A stretch of 64,000 nt of DNA. Source: Nageia nagi (taxonomy: Eukaryota > Plantae > Pinophyta). The translations under genes were made by a program, and so were the position numbers. This document shows positions 26,723 to 41,200 of this stretch, piece after piece (within the stretch, counting starts at the first letter, position 1; each line of letters starts with the position of its first letter). The notes below the pieces were generated by a model. The model was not told the DNA's origin. It saw only the letters and a program-made list of their open reading frames with translations, and did not search any database. The stretch lies in assembly GCA_050084985.1 (NCBI GenBank), contig JBITNC010000002.1:17546001-17610000 (forward strand). The letters are read 5' to 3'.

Positions 26723-29700
26723 TAATATCTAATTGTAAGTATTTTAAAGATGGATAGTTACATCCAATTTATAGGTACTTCTTCATTAGTAAGAAAAAGA
26801 CCTAGAACATCTAACAATGAGAACCAATCTATTGGGATACCATTGAGAATAAGTACAAAGATTTAATTAAGATGACCTCAAATTGATCTTACAGATACCA
26901 TTGGGAATGTAGGTGGTGAATCTTATCATGGAGATATCAAGAAGGACCAAGCGGATATTTGGGATGTGAAAGTGAAACAAAAATAGTGGAAGATAAGAAA
27001 ATGGAGTTAATGAAGCTTCTTAGAATTTAATTGAGTTATTGGGAGAAAAATTATAATATTATCATAATAATCCTTTGGAGTTTTATAAGATTTTTAATAA
27101 CAAAAGTATCAATGATCATGAACTATATAATAGTCACTTGAAGAAGTTCAAAAATAAGAATGAAGCAATTATGGTACATAATTATTGTATGAATGATACT
27201 CATATTTTGTGCATTAGTGTACCACAATGCACTAATATACCACTTGTAGAAGATTTTAATTTATTACCATGTGCTAAAATAGATTTAGGTCAATGTACAA
27301 TTGTAGAGGGGATTGATTTTAATCTTTGAAAATATACAACTCAAGGAGTACAAGTTTCATGGAGCGATGATCCTTGTACCTAAAGAATTAAGGCTTAGAT
27401 TCAAAAGGAAAATGTAATTATTTGGGAATAATTATAAAATGAAAGAGTGTTACAATGACAACATGAGTTCAAAGAGGAGGAATATATGAAATTGGTTGAT
27501 TGTAATGAGAATAAATATATCAATGTAAAAGAAGAGGATTAAGATCATGTTGAATTTCAAGGTGATAAATACCAACAAGAGATATGTCAAGAAGATCTAA
27601 ATGACTCTTAGTTAAAAGAAAGAGAAAAAAAAATAAAAGATAAATATAGAAAAAGAAAATTATAATGCCAAAATTTAAATTCTAAATAGTGGAACTATGA
27701 AAAAGAAAAATTAGACAAATGAGAAACATAAGATTCAAGTTGATAAGGTATTAAATCTAGATTTTGTTCATAATTTTAAAAGAATTTCTCCAAGTGAAAA
27801 ATATGATGTGGTTGAAGAATTGCTAGAACAATTGGATTATGAGAAAATAAGGAGATTTAGAAGGTTTGGATATTTTCTACAATAATCAATAGGAAAAGAG
27901 AAGCTCAATAACGAAAATGTGAACATATTCCACAATCACAAGCAAATTCAATAGTGATAAAGAAATTACAAGAGTTGCAAAAAATAGTGGATAAGTGGTT
28001 ATGAAAGAAATATGGACTAGACAAAGCAAAATATCATAATCCATTTTGTATAACAATCAATAAAATAGATATGATTATTAAATAAAAATTAAATTTACAA
28101 ATTTTAGGGTCTATTCAAATCCAATAAACCACATAAAGATATTTAAGGTTGAGGCTTTCTATTATACACATGATGAAGATTTATTAGTAAAATTATTTCT
28201 ATTTAGCCTTAAGGGAGATGCATTTAAATGATTTTATAGTTTATCTCATGAAGTATTAATAGCTTCAAAACATTGGTTAATATATTCCAAAAAAGATATA
28301 AGATGTACATTCAAACAAAATTTCCATCATGGATATTTATAGCATCAAGGAAAAGGAGAGTCAATCCCTATATGCGTTCATCAAGTTTTGGATAAAATTA
28401 GAAAGTTTGATAAAAATAAGAGAGATGGAGAAAAAGTATATTTTTATGGAAGCTATTTTTTCTAAATGTAAGGAATAATTTTATGATATTATGGATTTAT
28501 CATTAGTTGATTTTCTTGAACACATGATAATAAAATAGGAATATTTGATGAGGTGAGAAGAAGTATGAAAAGAAATACAAGAAAAAATTAGAAAAAAAAA
28601 AATAAAGCAAATGAAAGAAAAATATCAATATCTTAAGAAAGAAAAGAATGTAGTTACAAAATTAGAGAAAATAAGTCATGATCATAATGAAGTAATGTAA
28701 GAAAGATCCCAACAAAGTGTACATGATGTTAAGAGGATATTGATTATTTATTAAATGCTTTGGTCGATAAAAAAATTATTGAAATTCCTTCAATAAAAAA
28801 GCCTAAAATATAGATGAGAAAAAAACTTTGCTAGGATTTTGTTTGGAGCATGAGCTAAATCATTTTCCTAGGGTTTCACACCATTTGGGAGTCTGTATGG
28901 GATTTCTTTAATTCCTAAGGCTCTACGGGCCATGTTAATGAGTTCCCACTACATTGAGAAACTTATTTTTCCTTTTTAATGTATCCCACCCATTCAACAA
29001 CTTCAACTTATGTTAAATATGTTGGAAGGAGCAATGGCATCCAAGGAGGCCTGAAAGCCTATCTTGGAAGTTTACAACAAGGTAATCCCTCTATTTCTTA
29101 TGTTGAAATCCATATAGATAATTTTAATAATGCATGTGGTTGGTTATAAAGTCATACTTTGATAGGATGCTTTCTTGGTCATATTCCTATGGACTTTGTT
29201 ATCTATAGTTGGGTTCAACAATAATGGACTTTGTATGGAGTCAAAGTTGAAGGTATTCAAAACCTCAAGAAAGGTTTCTTTCTCTTTCATTTTCCCCATG
29301 AATACTATGCCAAATGTGTGTTTGACCATGGTCCATGGTATGTTAGAAATTCATTCTTGGTATTTCAACCTTGGATGCTAGACTTCTCTATTGATGAAGG
29401 AGCTCCATTGGAAATACTCATTTGGGTTGAACTCCCCAGATTCCCAATTCCTCTTTGGCACTTTATGGAAAGATTTGTGGTTCCTTTAGGTACTTTCATC
29501 TATGTCAAGCAACCCATTTTTTATGGAGTTCATCCCTACAAAATATTGTGTCAAAATTGATTTATCCAAAGATCTTAGGAACCATTTGGTTGTTAAAGTT
29601 GGCAACAACTCTTACTATCAAAAGTTAGTTTATATCAACCTTTCGAATACTTGTTATCATTATCATTTTGTTGAGTAAAAAATTAAGGACTTCCCTCTCA

Positions 29701-32700
29701 TGGAGGGTAGATTCAAATTATATAATCAAGTGATAGTGTCTCTGTTAGTGCCCCATGCACCACACCCTGCTAGACAGCTTCATGCCTTGAACATCGATAA
29801 TGGGTATAATGATCCCTCATGGTAATGGACCATGGTTAACAAAAAAAATCATAATCATTGATAAGTAATAGGCCTAATTGACACATTACTTCCTCTCAAA
29901 GGAATGTTTAGATTACTCTCTCTCCTCATTCCAACCACTCCTAAGCCTCCCTCCGCACCCATGAATGCTAGCAACCTTTAATAAGATATTTTGGAAGCTA
30001 AGTACAAAGAGGATTTAATGCAAACTAGTAGGTCCCGAAGTCCTCTAGAAAGTGGGGTTGCTAGATGGTAGGAGAAACATTATTTTAGCATGTTTTTTGG
30101 CACTAATCATGCAAACTTTATCACAAACCCTTATGCTTCCTTGAGGGAGCTAGGGGATACTAAGGATTTTGATAATGATATTGGCAATGACAAAGAGCTC
30201 GATGGTGATATGAACCTCAACTTTGCTCAATGATTTTTATATCATGGAATATCATAGGGCTGATGAACCTAGTTTGAGAATATTTGATCTGTAGTGAAAT
30301 TGCTAAAGTTACTACTCTATTTAGGAAGTTTGATTTTCTTTACCTTCAAGAAGTTAAAATTTTAGAGTTTAATCTAGAGTGCACTAACTCCTTCCTATGT
30401 CATGGTTTCTCCATGTATTCTACTAATCATTATCATGGTAGAGGAGGCACCATAACTTTTATTCCTCTAATGTGGAAGGTTCTTTTGGTCTTATGGGAGG
30501 TGGACCCTTCTAATCAAGTGTTTTGGATCCTTTTAATGTTGATGGCTAGCATTTTGGGGTTGTCAATATCTATGCATCTAATCATGACTTGCATAGAAGT
30601 ACGTTATGGATACGACTTGCTTTATCTCTTCACCAATTAGTTTGGTTGGTTTGTAGGGACTTTAACATGAGCGAGAAATTTCATGATAAAGTGGATCATC
30701 TTCCTATGAGATGGTATGCTAGTGAAAGAGATGGTTAGTTTTTTCTCAAAAACAATCATGGGTTGGTGGACCCAAATGCATGCCATAATGCTCAAATTTT
30801 CCCAAAATTTCCTTAGTTCACTTGGTCTATTTTTCAATAAAGTGATTGCAAAGTTCTTAAATGCTTGAATAGGGATATGCTAACTAATCAAGTTAGATTT
30901 TGTTTTCAAAGCCTATCCCCTGCAACACCTTTGGTTTTAGCTTCCTCTAGAAATACCATTTCAGATCATTTACCCATTATTTTTAAGGTTGTTTTTTTTG
31001 ACAATGTTGCACATTCCACTCTCAATTTTTCCTCAATATGTCCTTTCTTCATAAAACAACCACCACATCTTATATTTGTAGAGTTTGAAACCTTGTTCCA
31101 AGACCTAAGGAGAAATTTGGTTGGATCAACTAGTGGAATGATGCCATCCTTTGAACCACCTATGTGTTGAGAATGTTGGGTTTTAAACTTGCTCAACTCC
31201 ATAGGCACTCTGACTATGCTTTATGAAGGAGCTTAAGCATGCCTCATTATGCTTGGAATCAGACCCTATGAATGTTATTCTAGAATAAAATGCAGCTATT
31301 ATTAGGCATGAGCTGTAGAAGTTTATTAAGCTAAAGGTGCTCAAATTCGAGCTCATATTCATAAAGTGGGTGATCAAGTTTCCAAAGAATTTTTTCAAAG
31401 ACTCTATCCCTTAAAGTTGGTATCCCAATTCAAAGCCATTCTCAATAAGGATATTTGTGTTACTTAGCCTCCTAGTATTTCTAAGGATTTTGTGAAGCAC
31501 TATACCCAAGTCTTTGCTTCTCAAGAGTTGATAGAGGACCATCAACTCACCCTTGATGAATGTTATAGATTGGTTCCCACTAAAGTTTCTCCTACGCAGA
31601 AGGAAGTTTATGAATACCCTCTCTCTTTGGAGGATTTTAAAATGGCTTTAACATGTATGGTGAATGAGAAAGCCCTAGGGTTAGATGACTTCCTATATGA
31701 ATTCTATAAGAAATTATGAGATGTTGTTAGCCCTAAACTCCTTTGTTTTTATCAAGAAGCACTCCTTATAGGGTCTTTAGGAGCACTTATCAATAAGGGA
31801 AACATAAAATTCATACCAAAGATAGGAGATTTTGAGATCATTTCTAGTTGGAAGCCCATTACCCTTTTCAATGTCTGCTATAAAATCATTACTAAGGCCT
31901 TGTCCCTTAAGCTTTGGTTTCTATTGCCTTATATTATCTTTTTGAATAAAAATGGATTTAAAAAGAGTAAATATATCCTTGAAAATATCATTGCTATTTA
32001 GGAAAACATTGAGTGGGCTCACTCATCTCAACAATACACTCTCTTTATAAAAATTGACTTTGAAAAAGCCTATGAAAAAATTTAATGGCTTTGTTAAAAG
32101 ATTTGGGATTTAGCCCTACCTTCTTGGCTTCAATTCAAATGTTCTTCAGTGATGCTTCTACCATGTTAACTCTTGATGGGATGCAAACCACCTCCATTGG
32201 CCTTTTTAAGTCAATAAGATAAGGTTTTCCTCTTGCTCCTTCACTTTATGTGTTATCAATTGAAGCCTTTAGCTATCTTTTAGCTAACAAAGCCTCTTAG
32301 AAGCTTATTTAGGGAATCTCTCTTCCTGGGAATGGTGGGAAGCTAATTATTGGCCATTTTCTTAATGACTCCTTTATTACTCTTAGGGAGGATAAAAATT
32401 ATATCAATCAATCTTTTGATTATATTGATACTTTTTGTGAATCCTCAAGTTCAAGTATTTAGTGGAGAAAGGCCTCTTGTTATAAACTATCTCAAATTGA
32501 TTACCTTGAATGGATTTTTGCTCTTCAATGGAAATGGGTAATCCTTGGGGAAATGTTTAAATTTTTGGATATCCCCTTCACCTTTCAAAGCATCTCTACT
32601 CAATTATATGGCTATGTTCTTCATAGAGTAGAACAAAAATTATCTTACTGGATCACAAAGTAACTTTGTTTAGCTGGTAAATTCCAAATTTGTTTGAAGG

Positions 32701-33458
32701 TTATGGCTTCCATGCATGTTTATTATTCCTCATGCTAGGTCCCTTCAAAAAATTGTTACAAGAAGCTAGAAAACTTCTTAGGGATTTCATATGGATATTG
32801 TGTTGCTTGGGAATACCATTATCTCCCTAAGAGTGCTAGTGGAATAGAAATTTTTGACTATTACAGGTAGGGTTTGGTATTGAATGCTAAATGGATTACT
32901 TGAACTTTGTAAGGCTCAAAAGCTTGGAAGATTCTTTTACAACACTATATTTCTCAAGGTCTTTCCCTTGGAAAAATATTTTGGAGAAATGTGAATTTCT
33001 CTTCTTTAATTATGGCCTATCCTAGTCAAGGTTTCTAAGTCCTTTATTTATCAGAGCATTAGGAAAGCATAGGAGAGTGTTAAACCATGGATTTAGTGGA
33101 ACCATAATAATTAGAATCAAGGTGTAGCTCTTGCTTCACTTAATGTTTGGTGGTATCTAGTTATCATGTTGCAAAATCAACCTCTTCTTCCATTCAATGG
33201 ATTCGAATAAAGTAATTCTTCAAAAAAGGGATTGCCTCTCTCTTTGATTTCTTTGATTAATCCTCTAAAGGATGGATCCCCCGGGAAGGATTCAAACTCA
33301 TATTTTCTATGAAATATAAAGATAAGGATACTTATAAAGTAGTTCTTAATTATACTCCTTTCTCATTATGGCCCAAGATTGGTCAACACTCGTAGTGTCT
33401 ATGATGGATATAATGGAAGTGAATTAAGGGTACACCAATTTTTAATTACAATACTATG

Positions 33459-34610
33459 TGATAAGTTCTAAATTTACCTATGTTTTGAATACTTTGGTAC
33501 CATATTATTTCCATCTTTATACCATCCTTCATCCCATTTCCATACATGTCAAGTGAATAATGGAGTATTAAGTTAGATATTAGTATCTAGACTATGTGCT
33601 TGATAAATTAACCTACCAATGTGTCTTAAAGCTTTGAAAACAAGTTCACATGCTAGAGATTGGTTAGTTGAAAGCATTTTGTATTGCCATATTTTGTATC
33701 CATTATTGATTGAAGATGAAAACTAGAACAAAACCATGATTGAAGGTTGAGTGGTGGAACAGAGATGTCACCTGCATGTTTATGATACATTACCATTTCT
33801 AAAAAGGATTAGGAGAATGATAGAGCCTGAGTTAGTTCAAGACTAATAGACTACTATCCCATGTTTTGTATTTTACATTAAGAACACTCATGATTTAATA
33901 TTAGTAGTTGATGCAACTCCAAGATTTATGGAAGTAATTGTAATTAGACATATATATTTTGGATAGTATAAATGGTAGGGAGTTAGATTTTCTATGCAAG
34001 TTCTTGTTTTTTTGGATTTTGAAGACTTCATTTAATTGGAATATATGGTACTATTCATGTTTTCCATTTTGTTTTGAGCTTTATGGTAAGTGCTATTCTA
34101 TAAACTCTTATTCATTCCTTTGTAAGAAGATAGGAAGGGTCCCCTATTTGTTGTTAAAAGCAACTAATTCAGTCAGTTTATAGATTCAGTTAGTTTACAA
34201 CTTTAGTAGTTCCATTGATAGATTAACATGCTTGATAGTTGAATGGATGGTGGTGTTTATTTCTTTGAAAGTAAACTACTAGAAGTTCTTTTCCTTCATA
34301 GGTTCATAAAATCATTAGTGTGGTGTGTTTCAATTTTCCTATTAACATTGTCTGTATTTCCTATAAACATTATTTTCTATTATCATTAGGATTTATTATT
34401 ACTATCAAATTCCTATTTTAATATCATTCTGATTTAGCACTCTTCCTATATACAATCTCTCTTAAGAATATAAAAAACCCCACATGCATGCTTTGGGAGT
34501 AGAGACAAGGTAGTAAGCATCCCTCCAAGATAACTCTATTGTGCATATATATTGCATAACACTTCATAAGCTCCCTTCTTGGGTTGATGCTATATATAAA
34601 TGCTCTATCA
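33459..34610. mobile_element. Solo LTR inserted in L1 ORF2
   Basis: TGATA...TATCA termini; TSD CTATG (33454-33458) / CTAAG (34611-34615); L1 frame YNT|KIGYNWL rejoins across it. Confidence 0.8.
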
Positions 34611-37600
34611 CTAAGATTGGTTATAATTGGCTTTATCCCAATCTTTCCATGGTTCCCAAGCTTAATGAGCAATGGTGTTTATCCTCCACTATTTTTGAGT
34701 GGAGTGTTTGATTTGAAATTTTTTGGGCTAGTTATATTGAACCCAAGTAGGCTTATTTTATGTGGAGTTTGCTATTCTAAGATTTTCCTGTAGGTAACAA
34801 GCTTATTCACTTGGGGTTCCTTAGCCCTTTATGCCCATTATGTAACTCTAAAGAGTCTATTTTGTATTTATTTTGGCAGTGTGGTAAAGATGATAAGGCT
34901 AGGACTTGGATGAATTCCTTTTTCTATCCATTTTAAAAAGTCTTTTTCCTAGCTACATAATCTCCTTGGAGATCCCCCAAATTTTTCCTTGCCTTTGGAA
35001 TCTTTTTTGAATATTTTCTAGATTAGAATCATGTTCCATTTTTGGAAAGAGCAAAATGTAATTTTGTTTTTGGAAAAATTCCTTCTATTGATTTTCTTTG
35101 GTTGAAAAGCTCACCATTTTTTATGACATTTGGTTTCATATTAATGATCAAGTTAACAAATTTGCTCTCAAGGCTAGCCATTTGTAGGAGCTTATCAATC
35201 ACTAGAGAAATGCTCCTTTCTCTATGATTAGATTCCCTCCTTCATCCCTAGTTTTTCGAGATCACTCATGATCCAAAAATGTCATCTTCCTCCACCATAG
35301 GAATAGGATCAAAGTTATGCTTGCAAATATTTCCCACCACTTTGAGAACTTAGGAATGCTCTTCTAGCTTTTGTATAGAGCAATTAAGGATGAGAATCTC
35401 ATCCCATTTCTCCTCTATAGCATGGATGGGATGGAAATTCAAGCTCCTCCCATCAAGTTATGACCTAGGATGGTTGGTGTAGACACCCAAAAATAACCCC
35501 TTTCATTGAAAGGAAGTAACCCCTTTCATTGAAAGGAAGAAAAAATAATGAGTAAACATAGATTTTACTTAAGGAACCCAATTGCTAGCAATTCATACCT
35601 AATTGCTGGTGACTCAATCCAATCATTGACATCCAACAACCAGTAGTTAGCAAATCTATAGAAAGAAAAATCAAAATAGAAATGGTAATGTCAAAGGCAT
35701 CTTGGGAAAAAGAAAAGGATGATGAGTGAGTCACCATTTATCCTATGCATCTCTACCTTCAATAACACCCATGACTAAGCTAGATAAACTTTCTTCCCCA
35801 ATTTTTTATCCCTAAAAGTGACAACTTTTCTTGTGCTAAAAACTATAAATAAAAGCCTTCAGCTATGAAGTAACCCCCTAAATTTGAATGCAAGATTACT
35901 CTATTGAAATGCATATAGGTTTTTGTTGACTTAAGTACATTATCATTTTGTTTTTCATATGTTTGTATATGTTCCTTTCATATTGCTTTTATGGTTTTGG
36001 AAAGGTATGTTTGATGAGTTTGTTTTTTGCTTGTGTGTAGAGATAACAAGTTTGGAGCAGCTAAACTTGAAGAGTTGAAGAAGACAAAGAAATCTCCTAC
36101 AAGTTTTTGAAGATAAATTCTTCAAGCTTGTAGGTACCAAAACTAGGCCTACGAAGGAATTTATGATTCTTGTGTAAAAATCTCTCTAAACAAGGTAATA
36201 TATCAAAATAAATTCATTATTTGTAATCATTTTGAGGTTTATACCAAAGAGAAATAAAGAATTTTATTGGTTGTAACATATCTTATTTTGTATACTTGCA
36301 CAGTTACTTTTTGGGTAAATATTATGGTGCTAGAAGGAGAGCATCTTTCATGCAAACTATATAAAAAATGAGGCACAGGGGGTATTTTCTATGTTTTAGC
36401 ATTCATTTTGGTATCTTGTATTTTGTGGTTTTGTTATTGATTTCATGTTGTTTTCTATATTTTTTATTTGCTATTTGTGATATGAAAACATCGACAACAT
36501 ATAATTAGATGCCAATGACTCAAGAAAAATGCCAGTGATTTTCATCAAGCAATTGTAATTTGGAAATATTCATTTTATGCAAAAATTATGAAAATGCTAG
36601 CAACTTTAGCTAAATGCCAATGATTTGGAATAAACATTAGCGACTGGAAATAAAGGGTATATATTTCGAATTTCATTAATTCTGAAAGCATAACTTAGGT
36701 ACTAAAATGAATAATGAAAATAAACCCCTTTTTTGCGATTTCTTTGCTCAAATTGCATATACGAAGGGTAGATGAATATTTAGGTAACATGCATTATTTT
36801 ACTTTACTTTAGTAAATTGCATAAATGTCATTTATTTCTTTTTTTCTTTGGGTAGGGATCATATTAAAAACTCACCTAGAAACTTTTCATTATGCCCACT
36901 TATGTTCTCCCTTTGCATTGAAAGGCAATCTTAGGTGATCTGAATGGGTACAATAGGAAAGAGTAAATGAACCTTTTTTCTTTTCTCACTTTATTTCACC
37001 AAGACTAGTAATGAACTCTCATTAAATCACTTTCACACTCAAAAGGAGAAATTAACTTTCATTAAGTACAAAATGAATATAAGGTTAATTTACTATGTTT
37101 AAGGTAGACTATAATATATTAAATCAGTTAATTGATTAGGTAGGTATTTACCTTCACATTAATACTCTTTCTATCTGCCTTACTACTCTGAAAGGAGGTT
37201 AAAGGATTGTGACTTGAAAAGGATTTAAAGAATTTCATTTAAAAGAAATTTACTTCATATTAATACTCTTCTTGTCTACCTCACCACTCCAAAAGGAGGT
37301 CAAAGGATTATGAAGCAAAGAGGAGTTGAAGAATTTCACTTAAAGTAATCTACACTCACTTAGTTGCTTCTTACATGTATGACTTTACTTCTTTGAAAGT
37401 AGGTCAAAAGAAGAGGAAATAAACTTCACATAAACACTTCCACACTCAGAAGAAGTAAATGAGCTTCATTAAGCTTTGGCTAAAGAATCACACTAAAAGG
37501 ATAATGAATCTTGTGGGTTAGATCAAGACTCATTAATTAAAATACTATTTTTTCACATTAAATAAACATAATCAAAGTACATGTATGTTGGGTTGGATTG

Positions 37601-38226
37601 TATTTGTATATCATGAGTTCTTTTATTTGTTAAATGCATATCCATGATACATCTTAAAATGAATATCAATGAGTTAGAGGTGATGACCAACCATTTATTG
37701 TTATACTTCTTGTATACCCATTGACCACACCATAAGTCGTAGAGCCAAAATGTGAAGAATAGTACCGATTTCATAGGTTAGAAGTCATCACTTCCCACTA
37801 GGTGACTATAAATAATGGGGCTATGCTTGGATTCCACTATCAAGATAGCCTTTAGCAGTATTCCTTGCATCCCATTGCACTATGGGGACCATTTTAGATA
37901 CCAAGTCGATACTTAGCCATAAATTACCTATAGGATTACCAACCTACCTTATTTAAATACTTGACTAGACAAAACCACTTAGGAAAACTAATAAGATTAA
38001 AATATACAATTCATATTGCTCATATTAAAAATATTAATTCAAAATATCAAAAAAGTTAGAAAAGATAATCATACCAAAAAGGTAAGTACATATGTAGGAT
38101 TGTTTGTGCCTATCATTATTTTCTCACAAGTATAAATCCAAAAATAAAATATAATTGTTATGTTCAATGTTTATTTTCTTTTACTTATAGTGTGATAGGA
38201 AAAATTCAAACAAAAAACAAAAGAAA

Positions 38227-41200
38227 ATGGTTAACACTCATTCTCAAATGGCTCATCTAGAGTAAGAACTCAACAATGAAAACTATTTAGAAGAATGAAG
38301 AAGTCATCATTCTAGTAGAAACATTTTGAGGAGAGAAACTCATTGGGAAATAAACACAACTTATTTACATTCTATTGATGATTACTTAGATATATTTAGA
38401 CAATGTTTAACATAGTTAAGGATCCTACATTCTTCCCATGCTCATAGTCTTCTCCTAAATCTAGATTATTTAGCAAAAGATACACAATCAATTGATAGTG
38501 TAGGAGATATTATATTAAGAAATAGACCATCTTCACAAACTCATTCAGCTGATATTATACTTCAAAGATGCCCTTTTAGGCCCAAGTATGATCATGTCAC
38601 ATGATTTCTCCTTGATGGAAGTCTAGTTCAATCATATTTATGAAGAGATGATTATACTCCTTCCACTATTTCTAGGCAAATAAAGAAATTTGATGATCAA
38701 ATCTCCATACATATAGCTACTCCTATACCAGAATTTAGAAACCATGCTAGGGTTTATAATAATCCTTCCTATGTTTTAAAATTGAATACATGCATTCCTT
38801 TGTCAAGTCATAGAACTCCTATACAAATACATGAAGTGAAAAAGAGCCTCAATTCAACAAGGTTTAAATTACAAGGAATAACTCGATATTTACAAAGAGA
38901 CAACTATACTCCTTCCACTATTTCTAGGAAAATGGAGAAAGTTGATGATCAAATCTCCACACATATAGCTACTCCTATACTAGAATCTGGAAACCATGCT
39001 AGGGTTTACAATAATCTTTCTTATGTTTTAAAATTGAATACATCCACTCCTTTTTCAAGTCATATAACTCCTATAAAAAGACATGAAGTGAAAAAGAACC
39101 TCAATTCAACAAGGTTTAAATTACAAGGAATACCTCCATATGTACATAAGAAAGAAAAATCACCTCAAAATAATATACAACACCAACAACAAATAGTTTT
39201 GTATAATCCAAATGTACAACAACAAACTAAACCTATAGGATTCATACAATAACCACAATTACAAGCATAACCCATACTCAATATACATCAAAATAGGTTA
39301 CCAACAAGACAAACCAATAATAAAAACATTTAGATTCAACATAAAGCTAATCAAATGATATGGAAAGATTAAAAAAAATAACCTAGAGCCCAATCTCTAT
39401 CTCCTCAAGGTCAAGGAGTATATAAATACCAATACTTAGCTAAGAAAAAAAAAGCTTTGCTTAAGAAGTGATAAGATGAGATTCAAAACTATCATTTCCT
39501 CCACTTAGAAATAAGGGTAAATCACATTAACCTCTCATGCTTTTTCATCTACAACAGATGCAACAACAACTACCTCCATATCAATCTTCACCATCTTCTC
39601 CATCGTATGATGGAGTTTACTATGATGCTTGAACACCCTCTAAACAAAGATATGATCCATTCCCAAGGTATGAAGAAAAAGTGGATCATAGAAATGATGA
39701 ATATCCCATACATCAAAATCAACTAGAAAAATAGGATACTCTTCATAAAATATTGATGGAAATTAAAAAAGAGCTACACTTACAAAGTAAACAAAAAGTT
39801 GAAACCATTTGCAATGAACCAATTCATCCAAGTGTTCCTAAAAAGGAAATTCCTTTCAAATTTGAAATTCTAAAAAATTGATCCATTCAAAGGAAAGGAG
39901 GATCCTAAGGAACATCTTAGGAAATTTAAATATTTGAGTTATGTTATTGCTAATGATGATGCATTAATGTTGTGCATTTTTCCTATGACACTTGTTGGAC
40001 AAGCAATGGATTGGTATAACAACTTAACAAAATATAGTATTTATTTATACACACAATTGGTAAACTTATTTTTGGAATATTTTAGGATAAATATTAAAGA
40101 TAAAACTTCCATCATTGATCTTACAAGATTACAATAATTTCATGATGAATCAGTTACTGATTTCATCTCAAGATGGAAGGTAATTTTGACAAGCATGCCT
40201 TACATTTTACCTCAAGAAGAATTGGTAAAAATGTTTAGTCAAAGTTGTTTAATGCCTATCAATAGTACCTTATTAATTCAACAACACAATACCTTTAAAA
40301 GAAGCCATTTCTCAAGCAGTTATAATTGAAAAGGTAAAAATCAAAGATGATGAAATAAAAGGCAAGAAAAAAGAGCCTTATGTTAAAAATAAAAATCAAA
40401 AGGAATAGATAAATAAACTATTATTGGCTAACAAAGATTCTATCATCAAAGAAGTAGAATCAAATCCTTCACAAATTGAGGAAAATGACTTTAAATCATT
40501 AAGAAAATTTACACCTTTATTGGAATCTCTTTATGAATCTTAAACAAATTTTGCAATCATCAAATAATTACATTACTAGAAATAAGACCTAAATGACCAA
40601 ATGCTAAAAATATTAGATGGTATAATGAGAATGAATATTGTCATTTTCATCATAAAAAAGGACATGAAGCAAATAAGTGCAGGAATTTACAACATAAAAT
40701 CCAAAATTTAATTGATCAAAGAAAGTTGGTAGTTGATAATCCCTTAGCTATTTCTAATCAAAACTTACAAATTTATCAAAATCCTCTCCCTCAACATTAG
40801 GCGAATAATGTTTCATTACACCCCCTTGAAAATTAGGTAACACATAACTAGAGTTATGATAATTCCACCTTTGTAGGGATGGTAAACATTACTATAAGAT
40901 CCCAGACGGTACATGGAAGATAAAATAATATTCAAGATAATCAACTAGAGGAGGCTATCATACAACCCAATACACCTAGATCTCAACCACTTAAGGTTTT
41001 AGTGAAAGGAGCCTTACATTAGCAATTGAAGAATTTACAAGTGAAAATGTCCCTATTTGAGTTACTACAACAATCCAAAAATCATAGTGATGTGATGAAA
41101 CAACTACTATAAACCATTGAATTAGATATAAATGATCTTGAAAGTATTGTATCTTTTGTAAGAAATATTAAAACAAGTCAAAAACCTACTATTATTTTCT

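Larger units (their letters stand above)
19420..28807 (+). mobile_element. Old Ty3/gypsy (Tat/Athila-type) remnant: LTR-like ~19420-20900 and gag ~28090-28807; interrupted by the copia; gag resumes at ~54533
   Basis: gag motif NPINHIKIF...HDEDLLVKLFLFSLKGDAFK*FYSL at ~28120-28250. LLNALVDKKIIEIPSIKKPK (28748-28807) continues as FPND...YFCNYHH after 54533. Linkage of the LTR to this gag is inferred from position. Confidence 0.6.

Noticed and set aside
35478-36321. Hammerhead ribozyme (retrozyme) in the LTRs
   Set aside because: No CUGANGA...GAAA core with supporting stems seen by eye.
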